Assembly: GCF_000181795.1 (NCBI RefSeq)
Contig: NW_003526945.1
Span: 257,030 to 297,229 of the forward strand
Direction: 5' to 3'
Origin: Trichinella spiralis
Lineage: Eukaryota
DNA: 40,200 nt
Numbering within the stretch: position 1 is the first letter of the stretch; every line of letters begins with the position of its first letter. Below, one piece after another: positions 25,473 to 39,135 of the stretch. Below the pieces are notes generated by a model, which did no database searches, was not told where the DNA came from, and saw only the letters and a list, made by a program, of their open reading frames with translations. Position numbers and translations under genes: made by a program.

Positions 25473-28400
25473 ATGGAACTTTGGGCTGTGAAAGCGTTGC
25501 TTCTGCTGTTGATGACCGTAGTTACGATGCTTTTTGGATCTCTGCCCCTTCTGGTCAGTAGAGTTGTTTTGTTCATCATGCATGCATGGATTTTCTTCTT
25601 CTTCTTCAATAGAAAAATGATGTATTTTTTGCTTGTTAGACGGTCGCTTTTGCGGATAAGAGAAGATCCAGTTGGAATTTCAAATGGCGACCTCCGACTA
25701 TATGCGCAATCACTTGTGCAAGTGGAGGTGTATTTTTCGGCACTTGCTTTCTTCATCTTATGCCCGAAGCTAGGTAAGATCACTTTTCAACTTTTAATTC
25801 ATGTCTAATTTGATTCACAATGCAAACATTTGCTTTGAAAAATATCGCTCCTCTTAAAGCAGTGTGAAATGACAACCACAAACAACAAATATTGAAATTC
25901 AATTGCAATTGTGAATTTATTTGCAATTTTAATTTTCTCTTTTTTAAACATATTCATTTCAACTTACTTAATGATGCTTCTTCTGCTGTCCCATTAATTG
26001 CACATCACATCAGAATTATTTGATCAAAAAGTAATAATTTAATTAAGAAATTATAAAGTTACATCTACGTATCTATATTTCATATGTTCTTAATTGTTGT
26101 GATGTAATTATGTTAATTGTAACACCATACGAATTTGCAATATTCATCACAAATAGGCAAACAGTATTGTCATTCGAAAGTGCTACTGACAGCTGATGAT
26201 AAAATGCAGTTACATGATTCTTTAAGCTGGTTTTTCATTGAAATTCCACACTTTGATAACCTAATACACAAAAGAGTCGTGACAAGTTTATTAAAACATA
26301 AATTGCTTTTTTTTAATAGCCACACTGTTTTGTGTTGATCAAATGTGAGCATGATCCTTTTTTTCTGTGCAATTAATTTACTATTATGAAGTTTTAAAAC
26401 TGATGCTATTCAAAAAATGACATTCTTTACACAACAGATTTATTTAATGTTTGTTTTTTTTGTTTTCATATTTTTGAATAAGTTTTATTTGAATCATTGC
26501 TGCGCTGTCAAATTGAGAAATTCTATAGCATTTTCTTTTCGGAAAACACTTTTCTGTGTAAGTAAGTTGGTTCAGTTGTTAGTTGGAAATTTCAATTTGT
26601 TTTTCTAATCAACATTTTATCTTTTAATATGTACGTATATATGTATTCGATTAATTTTGATATTGTATGTGGTGGGTGTTTATTTACTGCACTTCATTCA
26701 AAATCCTGTAATTTATTACACATACCGTACTGTAGTACATTTTTATACCTTTACAAATCTGTAACATGATAATCATTGTCTGTCATTATGTGATGTGAAA
26801 TTTAATTTAAAAAAATAAAAAATGAACTTTTCATAATCATCGAATTTTATACAATAAATAATGGTATAAATAGTATTCTTATCATTCGATGGTCAGTGAG
26901 TGTTTCCTTGTTTCTTTTGTTGACACTCTTCTGCTTATCGTTGTGTAATATGGGGTTTATCTTTTTGTAATCCCCGGAAATGATAATTTTCAGTTTGACT
27001 TTTTTTTCTGTTGATTCTGTTTGATTTTCGAATGAATGCGAATCATTTAAGTATCTTGGATACAAATCATTGTTCTAAAAAAGACGCAATTTAAACTGTT
27101 GATTGACAACTGTTTTCGTCTCAAGTGAATAGTATTAAGCAGTGCTTCATAGAAAGTATTATTTTCATTACGTATCATTTTATATTACGAATAATTTTGT
27201 ATGGTTGTTTTGAATGGTGCTGATATAGTGTAGTTGGTATTTGATCTTATTGCAAATGAGAATTTAATTGAAATGATTTTCAAAATTTTCAACAATTAAA
27301 TTACCTCACCAATTTGTCCACACAGGAAGTTGAAGTGCGTGCGTTCGTGCGTTATCAAAGTGTGATTGGATCTTGCCCTCAGCAGTGTCGTCCTTGAACT
27401 GATGAAGGGGATAGATAATGTGACCATTTGCATTACTGCGATAATTTGTCTAATTCTGCGCTTGTACATTTGAGCTGATTCATCAGATGTTGTTGAAATT
27501 GAACTCTGCTTTTCATTGCAATTCAAATTTCTATTTCTCTTTTTTTTTGAAACCAACGTTCACGATCTTCAGCAAAATGTCACAACGATTCAAGTATAAC
27601 CTGGCTGACATCTCAGTCTCTCTCTCTCTCTCTCTTTTTCTGTTTTTTAACCAGCAATGATCTTTTTTACAGATAATTTCAACAAACAGAAATTCGCATC
27701 ACCAAACAATTTTCAAATTATTCTCTCGCAGCATTATGTAAATGTATATAATATATATGTTGTCATTGTCATTTGTGAAAAACTTGAAAATTGAAATTGA
27801 ATCGATGCGTGAATTTTTTTCAAAAACTACAACACCGTTTCCACCAATTCGAGATATTCAAATGTGAAAAAGCTTTGCAATGCGTCGTTTCTGCTGGTCA
27901 TTTTATTCCAGTTGAAGCGATGTAAGTATTCCATTTTGCACAACTGGATTGTATTCATTTGGGTTAAGCTGATTCATTTCGAATTCAAACCAGAATTTTT
28001 CACTTCAATCGTCATTTTAATTCCCTTTCACGCACGCGTTCGGTTTTAAATTGATAATAACATTGAAAATGCACGGCTCGAATCAAAAAGTGAAAACAAT
28101 CATGCGAGCTTGATCAAGCGCGCGCACAATGACCAAAATTTACGCTTGACAATTATTCTGTAGTACTATATCAAAATTTGGCTAATATTGGAAAATTGCC
28201 AATTTTAGTGAAAATTTGTAGATAGAGGGGGGGGAGGGTAATTTAAATTTTTATTAACAAGCTAACTTCATAATGTTGACTTGAAGAGAAATTTAAAAAA
28301 AAAAGTAGTTATAGGTGCTTTTTAATTATGAATCATCATGCACGTTCAATTGATTAATTGTACTTTTTAATTTTTTTTTGAAAAAATTGATACATTATAT

Positions 28401-29822
28401 TTTAAAATTTGTTTGTATTATTATTGTTGTTATTATGAAATTTACATGTATTTAGAGAAGCGTTTGAATTTATTGCGAAAGATTTCAATTTTCCCGAAAT
28501 ACCGTTGAGTGAAATTATTGCCTGCATAGGCTTTTTTCTCATTTTTCTGCTCGAAGAAGTTACCGTCATTTGTGTCGGCAAAAAGAATTCAACGGACAAA
28601 GTTGAAAACTGTTCGTAAGTGTATTCCCGATGACGTTATTCTCTATTTACCAGTTGTCATTGCCAGAATAGCACAAAAAATGATATTTATTTTTTAAATA
28701 AAGTAAATCAATTGCCATCATTAAAAGTGAAAATGGTGACGGTGAATTTACTGTCGAAAAACAATACTTTATTCTAAAAAATAGAAAATAGAATAGAGTG
28801 AAGTGGTTGATTAATGTTGTATATTTAAATTTTCCACTCCATCAACACTGTCGTGACAGTGTTGTCACAAAATAAACTCTACCTACAACAAGCAGTTGCT
28901 AATTTAATTAGACTGCATTTTCTTGTGCTATTATTATTATTATTATTTAAATTTTAGAAGTATAAAAGAAAGCAGAAATGGAGCTGGCATTGAAAGAGTT
29001 GAATCTGCGTTGGGTCAACCTGACCATCCAGTGGAGAAATGTAGCACTGCCAGTAGTGATCGGGCAGTTGATCATATCTCCTGGATACGTTCTTTAACGC
29101 TGCTTACGTCGATCATGTTCCATTCAGTATTAGAAGGTAAATTTGAATTTGGATTTTGGAAAAATTGACAATTTTTACAAGTACATCATTTTCAGGTCTC
29201 AGTATTGGCATACAGACAAAAGAAACCGCAGTGTTGGCTTTGTTTTTTGCTGTAATTAGTCACAAGACGCTCATCGCTTTCAGCCTCGGCTTGCAACTCG
29301 TCAGAACTCACAGAAATAGCAAAAAGTTCGTCTGCTTCTGTGTATTCCTTTTCAGCATTGCAAGTCCTGCCGGTATTAGTATTGGCATCGGCATTGAAAC
29401 GGCGAATATTGACGAAAAATTGAAATGTACGTATGAATATTTAAATTACTTACTTTTTAAAAATACTGTAGTTCTGTTTTGTTTCAATTCGTTATGCAAA
29501 TAACTCCATTGCATCTGTTTTGTCTTTGTCGACAATTTTCTTTTTGAATAATAATTTCATTTTGAGTGGGATTTTTTTTTCTTGTTTAGTTTTACTGTTT
29601 ATGATTTTCTCCGCATTGTCGGTTGGAACATTTCTGTACATCACATTTTTTGAAATTATCATGGACGAGCTGAAAAATGAACAGTCGAACTTGTTGAAAG
29701 TCATCTCCATGATGGTCGGCTGCTTTCTCATTGGAATTCTCCTAATTATGACTCCACACTCCGAACACTGGCACGAGGACAACGATCCAAGTGGCAATAA
29801 CGTTACAGTGCAGTTCACATGA
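25473..29822 (+). CDS. ZIP (SLC39 subfamily II, ZIP1/2/3-like) zinc transporter, 6 exons, ~338 aa
   Basis: Exons 25473-25553, 25640-25773, 28456-28614, 28958-29136, 29196-29426, 29590-29822 total 1017 nt in frame. Motifs: GGVFFGTCFLHLMPEA, GFFLIFLLEE, TM4 FHSVLEGLSIG, TM5 SHKTLIAFSLG, SPAGISIG and GTFLYITFFEI. Confidence 0.93.
27616..27635. repeat. (TC)n microsatellite in ZIP intron 2
   Basis: ~10 TC units. Confidence 0.85.
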
Positions 29823-30658
29823 AATTCCTTTTTGTCTTCTATTTTTTTTTTCTTATTTTTTTTTAATCTAATATTTCAAGTGTTTGTAAGTTTGAATAAA
29901 TTTTCATTGTTTTTTTTGCACTTTTTCTTTCATCTTGCACTTAATGTTTAGTGCGCAAAATGATGCACGAAAAAACAGTAAGCAAAATTTACAGTAATTT
30001 GCACGCATGTTTGTTCAAGTAATAAGTTGGTTGGTTGTTTACAAGTTTACAAATTGAAATAATTACACCACGCCTTATTCGGCCAATTTATATATGTTCT
30101 TTGTTTTTATTTGTTTTCACTGCATATATTAATTTTACTGCAGTGTAGCTTTTAGGGAAAAAATTAGCATTTTGTTTTCAATTTTATTTGTGTTCATTCA
30201 GATAGAAGTACTGTACATGTGTAAAAAGTAAGTTACATTGATCGACGTTGTTTATTTTTTTCAACTTTTCATTTTAATATCGAGTCGCATTCAAATAAGA
30301 GGCATTTTATTTTCAATTTGCTGTATAATTGAGTAACCTATTTTTCCGAATACCATAAAACTTACGATTAGCATGATAACATACAGATTACAATGAAATA
30401 AATTCAGCGTTAAGCAGCAATTAGTATCGATTGATTTGAACAACATACAAACATACAATAACCGAACAGTAAGCGTTATTCCAACAGTAAACGCTATTCC
30501 ATTGCTATGTGCATTTTACATTATATTAAAATGTTATATTACATTATGTTATTTGTATTTTATATGTTATATGTGATATATATATATATATATATGTATA
30601 TGTACGTATGTGTGTATATGTATACGTATATGTTTTACAGTGAATGGAATGTGCGGGC

Positions 30659-32741
30659 TTATTGATCGTTAAGATATTTATTAACATCTTCTTCATCAAG
30701 GTAGACGTATTCTTGTCGCTGCTCAATCACCTCTTGTTCAGATGAAAGGGCTACAACTTCGCCAACATTCAAGCTGTCTCCATCCATCATCAGCAGCATC
30801 GTATCGTGAGGCATCACGCCCATCGATTGTGAATCTTCTTCTGGAATTCCGCTTTGTCTGCGCGTACCATACATAAATTGTCTATTGCGCAACAAAGCTC
30901 TTCTACTACGACGAATATGATTGTTGTAATAATGACGATCCAGATTCCGTTTCGTTGAACAACGGTATGAACATTCTGTGCAACCGTGAGGCTTGTCACC
31001 AGTGTGGCACCGGATGTGCACAACCAAAGCGGATGATGTGCGAAAACGTTTTTCACAAAATTCGCACGCAAATGGCAACTCACCGGTATGTGTGCGAAAA
31101 TGAGTGCTGAAGTTATGCCTAAACGGAAAAATTCACAAATCTCAAAAATTTTTCAAAAAACTCCAACGAAACAATCAAATCATCATACCTGTAAAGAATG
31201 AGTCCACAAGAAGGACATTTCATTTTGGGACGGACTTGTTTTCCGTCAGGTCCAATTGGAAACATACGTTTATATTTCTTGGTAGGTTGTGCTGCTACTT
31301 CTAATACAGGTGGACCGCCATCTGCTCTACTTGTATTCTCACGCTATAAATACAACTGGATCAATTTTCAAATCCCCAATAGCCTCGCTTTTTAATTAAT
31401 GAAAAATTCACTATATAAAAATCATCTTAAATACACAACTATTTAATTAAGTTGGAAACCAAAAAGAAACTGCGAGACGTGCAACAACAAACACACACAC
31501 ACACACGCCTATAGCAAATAAACGTTGAAATTATATTTGTAAAACTCGACACATGCAATCAATGCGTTATAGCATAAACCAAATCATCATTTGGTTTTCA
31601 CTGCTTCTTTCTACTGAACCGACTTTCTCTGTTCACAAACAATGGCAAAAGAAAATTGAACTAGTAATGCTGCAATCTTAAAACCTTTTTTTACTTCAAA
31701 AATAATTTCTCAATATTAAAGCACAAAGCCAGGCAAAAAGAAAACTGAAAAGAAAAGTGCACTTTATTCTAATAACAACACTACAAACTTACAAATGCAA
31801 AAGAGTAAATGAAATTAAACTTGCACATTGCTGCTCAAAATACAATAAATATACACGAAATTTTGCATCAAAATTATAAAGTAATAAATGGAATATATAA
31901 AGATTCATTTACTAGAGTAAAATGCGCAACTTTTTCCTTGTCATTGTGCCAACGAATCTAAAAATATACAAACAACACTGTCAAAAAGTTGCGCGCTTAC
32001 GCATGATGACAAAGATGAAGATAGCATTAGATTACAGGAAAAAATATCATCAGCGAATTGGAACTTCATTTTTAGTAAATTCAAGAAAAAAAAACAGCCT
32101 TAATATGAATTAAAATTAACTTACATTATATGTGGCCTTCCTGTAATGAGGTAGAGGTCGTGTCTGAACAGGGTTCACTATACTTTTCGGAGATTCCCTC
32201 ATTATATTCGTCGTAGTTAGACCTTCTAAATAAAATCAGTTAAGAGTATATTACATAAACTGTACAGTGCATCACATAAACACAAAATTATGCCAATTTA
32301 AGGATTCATAAAACTTGCATGAAAATATAAATTGCTACAATAATTAACAACCCAGTTAAGAAAAACCATAATCAAAAAATGCCATTATTGTGTTTCTGTT
32401 TTCAAGTTTTAAACATTTATGCGCAGCTGATACCCATACCAGATTTAGTTATATATTTGGTAAAAAGGTTTTCATAAGTGCGTTTTATAGTTCGCATCAA
32501 ACATAATTCGGCATGATCTAGAAAACTATCTTCTTCTGCAAACCACATATGACATTCTGTACATATACGAGGTCCAGCATCGCCTGGTGTACGATGTTTA
32601 ACAGATGAACTGCCTAGCAATTCGCGTGGAATAAGCAGACTAAAACAAACGAAACAGTTCAAATAAGCTGAGCTATAACAACTCGCTGTTGAACACTCAC
32701 CGAAAAAACAAACTATCATCAAGTAACATCTTACTTAACAT
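30659..32741 (-). CDS. C2H2 zinc-finger protein (three linked fingers plus an N-terminal CxxC...HxxxC motif)
   Basis: Exons 32741-32701, 32639-32440, 32225-32125, 31343-31189, 31118-30659 are phase-consistent; there may be extra phase-0 exons at 32063-32001 and 31957-31913. Protein: [78 protein letters not shown]. The start codon is uncertain. Confidence 0.85.
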
Positions 32742-34195
32742 GTTTGATATCTAAAGTAACAGAAAAATTCTTATACATCAGATAACAGTATGCTGTGGAA
32801 ATAAAAGAGAAGGAATTATTAAAAAGCAGGTAACACAAAATTAAAATAATAAACATAAAAATAACCAAAATAAATCCAGACATTAAAAAATATATTAAAA
32901 CATAAAAAGAAATGAATAAAAAAATATAAACAAACAAAAATAAAATATGCCTGAACAATAACAAATCACATTAAACACCTTCAAGTTGCTTATTACCGTA
33001 ATTGCCTTCAATAAAATTGAGTATTAAGAATAATCGTCCTAAAAATAAAAAAAATGAAATGGTAAGAATAAAATGAAAACATATTTGCTAAAAAAACAAG
33101 TTGCATTCGATCAGTTTCAGCTCGCAACTAATGCTACGTGTTTCAGGCTACCTAGTAACGTAACTACTGTAATTAATAAACAATGTCAAAAAAAAGCATT
33201 GACATTCAGGCTATAATATTGTTAATAATTTTATTTAATTTTTATGCTTAGAATAATAAATTATAAAAATCTGCGCACTATTGCTTTGCCAATAATTTTT
33301 AATTATCTGTCGTTGTTAAACGTGTATTACTGTACTATTGCATCGTTGCATTATCCTGATTGAAATAATAACAAGTATTGTGTTATATTTTAAGTAAATT
33401 TTTGAAATGTTGTGTTCAATACAGTCAGAAATATCATTTGGCTGAAACTTTTAAATATACACTGTAATCAGATGTGGGTAAAAGTGGAAAAAAGAACTAG
33501 CAAAAAGTTTCATTTTTCGCTGTGTTCTAGTATTAAAATTTCTCATTTTTTAAAAACGTTTTGTTAAATTTCTGGACAATATTTGTACCATTGGTAAAGC
33601 ATTTGTACAAAAACAAAGTACAAATGTTTCAGACAAGAAACTGATTGAAAATATATTCATATTGATAAAAATTAACCAATGGATGTATCAAAAAAATTTT
33701 CTTTCACAATAACAATTCAAAGTACAGCAGTGTATCATAATTTTTAATTCTTTTTTCCATAAAAGCTTCCAAATAAGTAACTGGGTCTGATGTTGTGCAT
33801 AATATTACCAAGATTATCAATTGCTGAATGTCAAATGTTATTTTTTTTTTGCATTTGTCGATTGCTTTCATTTTGCAATATAAAAATCGAAATGCATAAT
33901 TATTCAGTGAAAATGATAATAATAATGTGAATTGTGAAGATTAAAGTGGAATTTGAAAATTTTCAATAAGACAAACAGTATGGCTGTTTTTGTTTATTTA
34001 GGTAAACTACAGTATGAACGATTCGCTGAGCAATTGTAAATGTCCTTGCCAATCAGTATTTAAGCAGTTGGTGTTGCTGAGTGTCCTGATTCACTTGGTG
34101 TGTTGTCAACTTGGTAAAAAGAGAGACAGTTTGGTCATCGTTGTCATTTTTTCATATTTTGATTTCGTATTTCGTTGCCGTTTACTTTGTTTATC

Positions 34196-35301
34196 ATGTA
34201 AGTATGGGCGTTGGTTCTTTCAGTGTTTTCCTCGTCAGCTTCAATCAATATTCCTCTTTCGAAAATGTAGCGTCCAGTTGCAGTTGATTTGGAATTTGAT
34301 TTTTATTTTTACGAGGTTGTTTACTAATTTGGATTAGTTGTTGAATTTCTCTTTTGATCAACGTTTCCGTTGGTCGAACGTAGTTAGTTAGCCTAACAAT
34401 ATTAGCAATCTGATGATTTTTTGCCCACCGATGAATGTAAATTGATCCAGACAAACAGAAAATTATTCATTTTTGATATTTGTTTATTTGTTTGTATCTG
34501 TTAAATTTTCAGGTCTCAACCGAATTTTGGCGTGACGGATGGTCAAGCTGTGGCACAGGGTCGTCCGCAGAGTAAACGCTTGCAACAAACTCAGGCGCAA
34601 GTGGACGAGGTTGGTGCTCAGTTTGATATTTAAATTTGCATAGCGTGCATTTTGAAAAAAAGCAAAAAAATTGATTCATCGTTCGTTCAAGGTGGTTGGC
34701 ATCATGAAAGTGAACGTGGAGAAAGTTTTGGAACGAGACGCCAAGTTGTCCCAGTTGGACGATCGTGCCGGTCGGTTCAATTTCCTTATTCAATTGGCGT
34801 TGACAACGCCCTAGTAGGGGAACTTGTTTTCAATATTATTTGAATTTTGCTTTTCGTAGATGCGTTGCAAGAGGGTGCTTCGCAGTTTGAAAAAAGTGCA
34901 GCGACGCTTAAGCGTAAATATTGGTGGAAGAATTGCAAGGTGAGAAATAGATCTATCTGCTCGGTTTGCTTACAGCACACTGGTGCACTTTCGTCTTGTT
35001 TAATTAAATGATTCAACTGTTCATTTCACAGCAGAACGGCAACTTTCATTTTCTCTTCGACAACTTGATTTGATTGTTAATTCTTTTCTTTTCTTTTATA
35101 CTTTAGATGATAATTATCATTTGCGCCATTGTGCTGATCATAATTATCATCATTGTCGGTACGTATTCCTTTTTTTTGACCATTTAATTATTTGTCTTTT
35201 ACATTTCACTCTTGGGGTGAGGGGATTTGTTTTTTTTTTCTCTTGTTGTGTAATGTTTTACTGAATTAATTTTTGATTTTCCAGTGTGGGCTACGAAATA
35301 A
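34196..35301 (+). CDS. snb-1: Synaptobrevin / VAMP (R-SNARE), isoform a, ~108 aa
   Basis: Exons 34196-34197 (AT|gtaagt), 34513-34609, 34692-34770, 34860-34939, 35107-35158, 35285-35301. Protein: [66 protein letters not shown], then a TM helix and VWATK*. Confidence 0.96.
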
Positions 35302-35486
35302 ATTACACACGGCTGGTAAGTAGTAACACTGACGTTTTCAGTTGTCCGTGTGTGATTTTGTAATATTGAAAATTGTGTCTGTAGTGTATAGAGTTGTTAG
35401 TTGTCCGTTGTTCAGTTGCATTTCACCCTGCGTAGTTAATATGCGTATGCATTCATTTATTTAATTTGCTTTTTTTTCAATTTCAG

Positions 35487-35509
35487 TCTGGGTTTCGACG
35501 TCGAATTAA
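35487..35509 (+). CDS. snb-1: Alternative terminal coding exon of synaptobrevin (isoform b, ...VWVSTSN*)
   Basis: Strong tttcag acceptor at 35486, phase-compatible with the donor after 35158, and it re-encodes VW. Confidence 0.6.
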
Positions 35510-38500
35510 ACAGAAAAAAAAAACATTTAAAGTAGATTTTCAATTGATCAATGGCGTTCCGGTAACTCGTTTATAAAACTTAATGTGTTCAATTTTTTTC
35601 TTTAAATGTTGTTTTCCACTGATTGCAATCTGCATTTTCATGTTTCGATGTGCAAAAAATGTGTGTTCAGATGCATAATTTTTGACGTTATGCTCTGTCC
35701 AGATGTAACTTTTTCATGGGCAAAAAGGCGTATTTATTGTATTACCATTATTTATTGAACTTGCTGTTTATGATTTCTTGGTTTTGTTGTCGTTCGTCGA
35801 CGTCGCTTCATTGTCTCTATTGATTTCATGCGGCCATTCTTCGCATTGCTGATTTTACATGATCCAAACACTTCTGCAATAACATGTTCCGTATTCGCTG
35901 TTATTTAAATTTTAGTAAATTTTTTGTACCTCCACTTTGTCGCCTGTGATTATGAAAATAGTTAGAAATTTATTTTTCAATTTTTTTGCCTCCATCTCAA
36001 ATGTGGAAATAGTAAGTAGTGAGATGAAATTGTCTGGCGCTTGGTTGGCAGACGGTTTTTAGCGTTGGATTTTTATCGATTTCCAACAATGCCAGACGTT
36101 ATTGTTGTTGGTGTTGATCGATTCCAATTCGACGTTTTCACAAAATGGCAAATTTGCCCTTTCTGGCTTCACGACAATGCTCAGTCAACCGTGTGGACGC
36201 ACACCTTCAGAGGGGCCATTTTCTTCACCCATTTCTACCCACACGATCACGAAAGTGGATTTTTATTTTTAGAAAATATAAAAAAATTGATTTTATTATT
36301 TTGCTCGCTTGCTTGTGATTTTGTCGAATATTATTTTTTAGAGTTGGTATTGAGTTGTGTTGATGGAAATTGGAATCGACAGAGAATTCAAAAACACACA
36401 TTTTCAACAGTATATCTCTCCACAGTGTTGGAATTATCCAAAGTCTGCGTCTGATTCTGTTCTGCGGACTTTGTAATGCAAATCGATCGACACGTTATTG
36501 ATCTGTTTTGGCCGACGGATGCTTGCTTGGGGACGGACAAGCAAGCTTCACTCGATCAAGCAAAACAGGTGACGCAGTCTTCGTCCACGTTTTTTGTTCC
36601 ACCCGTCCGCGCACTTCCTCTCCAAAACTACTAAAAATTAAAAAAATTAATGAAATTGAAAAACTCAATACATTTTATTTTATTTTTTTGTTTATTCTTT
36701 CTCCCAAAAAATTGATTTTCTTATGGTTATTTTGAAGAATATTTAAATATTTTATTCACTGACATTCGACATCATGCAACCAAGTGAGAAGGGGGAAAAT
36801 TTTTTTCCCGGTCACAATCAATTTTGAATGCCATTTTCATTGATGAAATTTACAATTATAAATCGCGAACGATTTCAAGAAAATTCAATTTACCTATTTC
36901 CGGTCCACAATCCGCACCCGGAAGTGGAGCGTTGCTGGATAAACCACGCGGACAATTTTTAATATATATATATATATATACATACATATGTGTCATCGAT
37001 TCAGTTAATTCAAACTGCTTATCTCAATGCTGCTCGGTTGTGCACTGTGCTACACTGTCAACAGTGAATCATCACTCTTCAATATCGACCATATTTGAAA
37101 AACATTTTTTTAAAATTATTATTATAAAATGTATAAATAAAGTTTTTTATTCACGATTGTTTTACCGCTTAAATGTGCATTTTCTCCTGATATTTTTTCT
37201 ATTTCAATTCAATTAATGAGGAAAATTGAATTATTACAAACTTCTTGCGTTTCAATTTGAACGGCAATATCAGAGCGTCGAAATTGTTTGTCCAGGCGTG
37301 AAGCTTTGTTTACTCAAAGCAGCTCAAGCTGACGCTGTTCTCAACGATTGCACACCAACCGCTGATCACATTTGTCACAGAGTTGCTTTTGAAGCAAACA
37401 AAAACAAATAAGCAACAACTATTATATATATGTATATATATATGTATTGTTTAATGTTCTTTTTTGAAAATTACAAAAATTGAAATAAACAATTTGTTGC
37501 CGACAAACTGCAGCTGGTAAATAATAAGTTCCATTTGATGATGAACTGTACAGATTGAATTCTTTGATGCAAATAATTTTCACAAAAGACCAAAACAGAT
37601 AAATTAATCAAATGTATCGTGTGGAAGGATTTTTTTATCGACTTTTGCACTGAACTTTCACAATTAAGTTTATTTGAAAAATGAACACCAACTAGGTTCG
37701 AAAATTATTTAAGAAAATAAATGTTACAAAATCTGATGATCAAGTGTCATTTTTTACTAGTTAATGACGTGGAAGTAGACATCGGTGTCTGTATAAATGT
37801 CGGCATAGAGTAAAAGAAAGATCACTTCAATCAATTTATGCAATGTTCCAAATCATCGAAACAAAACTGTTTTCAAATGTACATTTTATAAAAATTATAT
37901 AAGTTTCAACTGCAACATTTTGCGTTTTAATTTGTCAAAATCTACATCGTCGAAATGTTTACGCCCAAAAGAACTATTGAAATTTTGAAATTAAAACTTC
38001 TTATGGAATGATCATGGAACAGAGCGAATAGTTGCTCAGTTAACTGCGTTTCAAAACTATACATGCTGAAAAAACAAGATAGAACGATTAATCTTTACAT
38101 AATACCTGAATTACCTTCATACTATATAACATAGAATAAAAATAGTTGCTTAATAATTACATCTAAATTGATAAAACTTTCTATTTAAAATTCCAGTGCA
38201 AATCAGATTCCAGCTTCAAAACAGAAATTCGTTGCTGTAGGAAATGGATTATTCAGGTACAATTTAGCTGGGGATCAATTTAAAACTCTAATTTGACAGA
38301 CGAAAGCAAAATAAAATAATATTTTACATGTATTTTCGCTTCCTGTTATCTATAATGCGTTATTTCTTTTCTAAAGTTATTACCCAGCTATCAGATAAAC
38401 TACCACACTAGACACTGCATCAAAATGAATTCTAACACTTCCATCACCACAGATACATACGAATTTGTTTGGAGCAACGTCCACCAAACATACACAATGG

Positions 38501-39135
38501 ACAGGGTCATTGTGTAATGAGAAGTGTTTATATGTTTGGCAAAGCTTCAATAAATTTTCTCCTCAAACCGAGGGCATTAAGTAAATAAAGAGCAATGAAA
38601 AATCTACAGTAGTCATATTTATCAGCAGAAATGAATAAAATAAAAATTTGCATGCAAGGTCGTTGGCTTTGTTGACATAGAAATCATTTCAGTTTGAGGC
38701 TGTCCGTGGATGGTAGCTCAGCGTTTCGATTGGAAAATTGGCTGAAGACAAACATTGAAGCCAAACACTATTTTTGCTTTTTATTCATTATTATTTTTTG
38801 GAATAATTTCTGAAAAATAATTTTTTAATGATCATTCAAAGACAATGAACATTAACGATTAGAAAATGGCGCATTTAGCAGTAAGTGCTAGTTTTTTTTT
38901 ATTTTTAAGTCTTAATCACTTAAAAATGCAATTGAGAATCGATATTGAGCAGAATTTCTCAGTGTATTCTCTATGAAGATTTCTCAACATGAGGTGACTG
39001 ACTTAATAAACGCCAAATTTCCGTACAATTCAGTTTGATTAAATACACCCTGTACGGATTGTTTATCTACAATAAAAATATCGTCTTTCGAAAATCACCT
39101 TTGCAGTAGCTAACGTGCACTTTCCAATTGACCAT

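Noticed and set aside
34014..34337. 107 aa ORF as the synaptobrevin N-terminus
   Set aside because: It reads through the donor at 34198 into intron sequence and shows no similarity to VAMPs.
38695..38770. tRNA-like sequence (tggtagctcagcg, A-box-like)
   Set aside because: There is no B-box (GTTCRA) at the right spacing and no cloverleaf acceptor stem.
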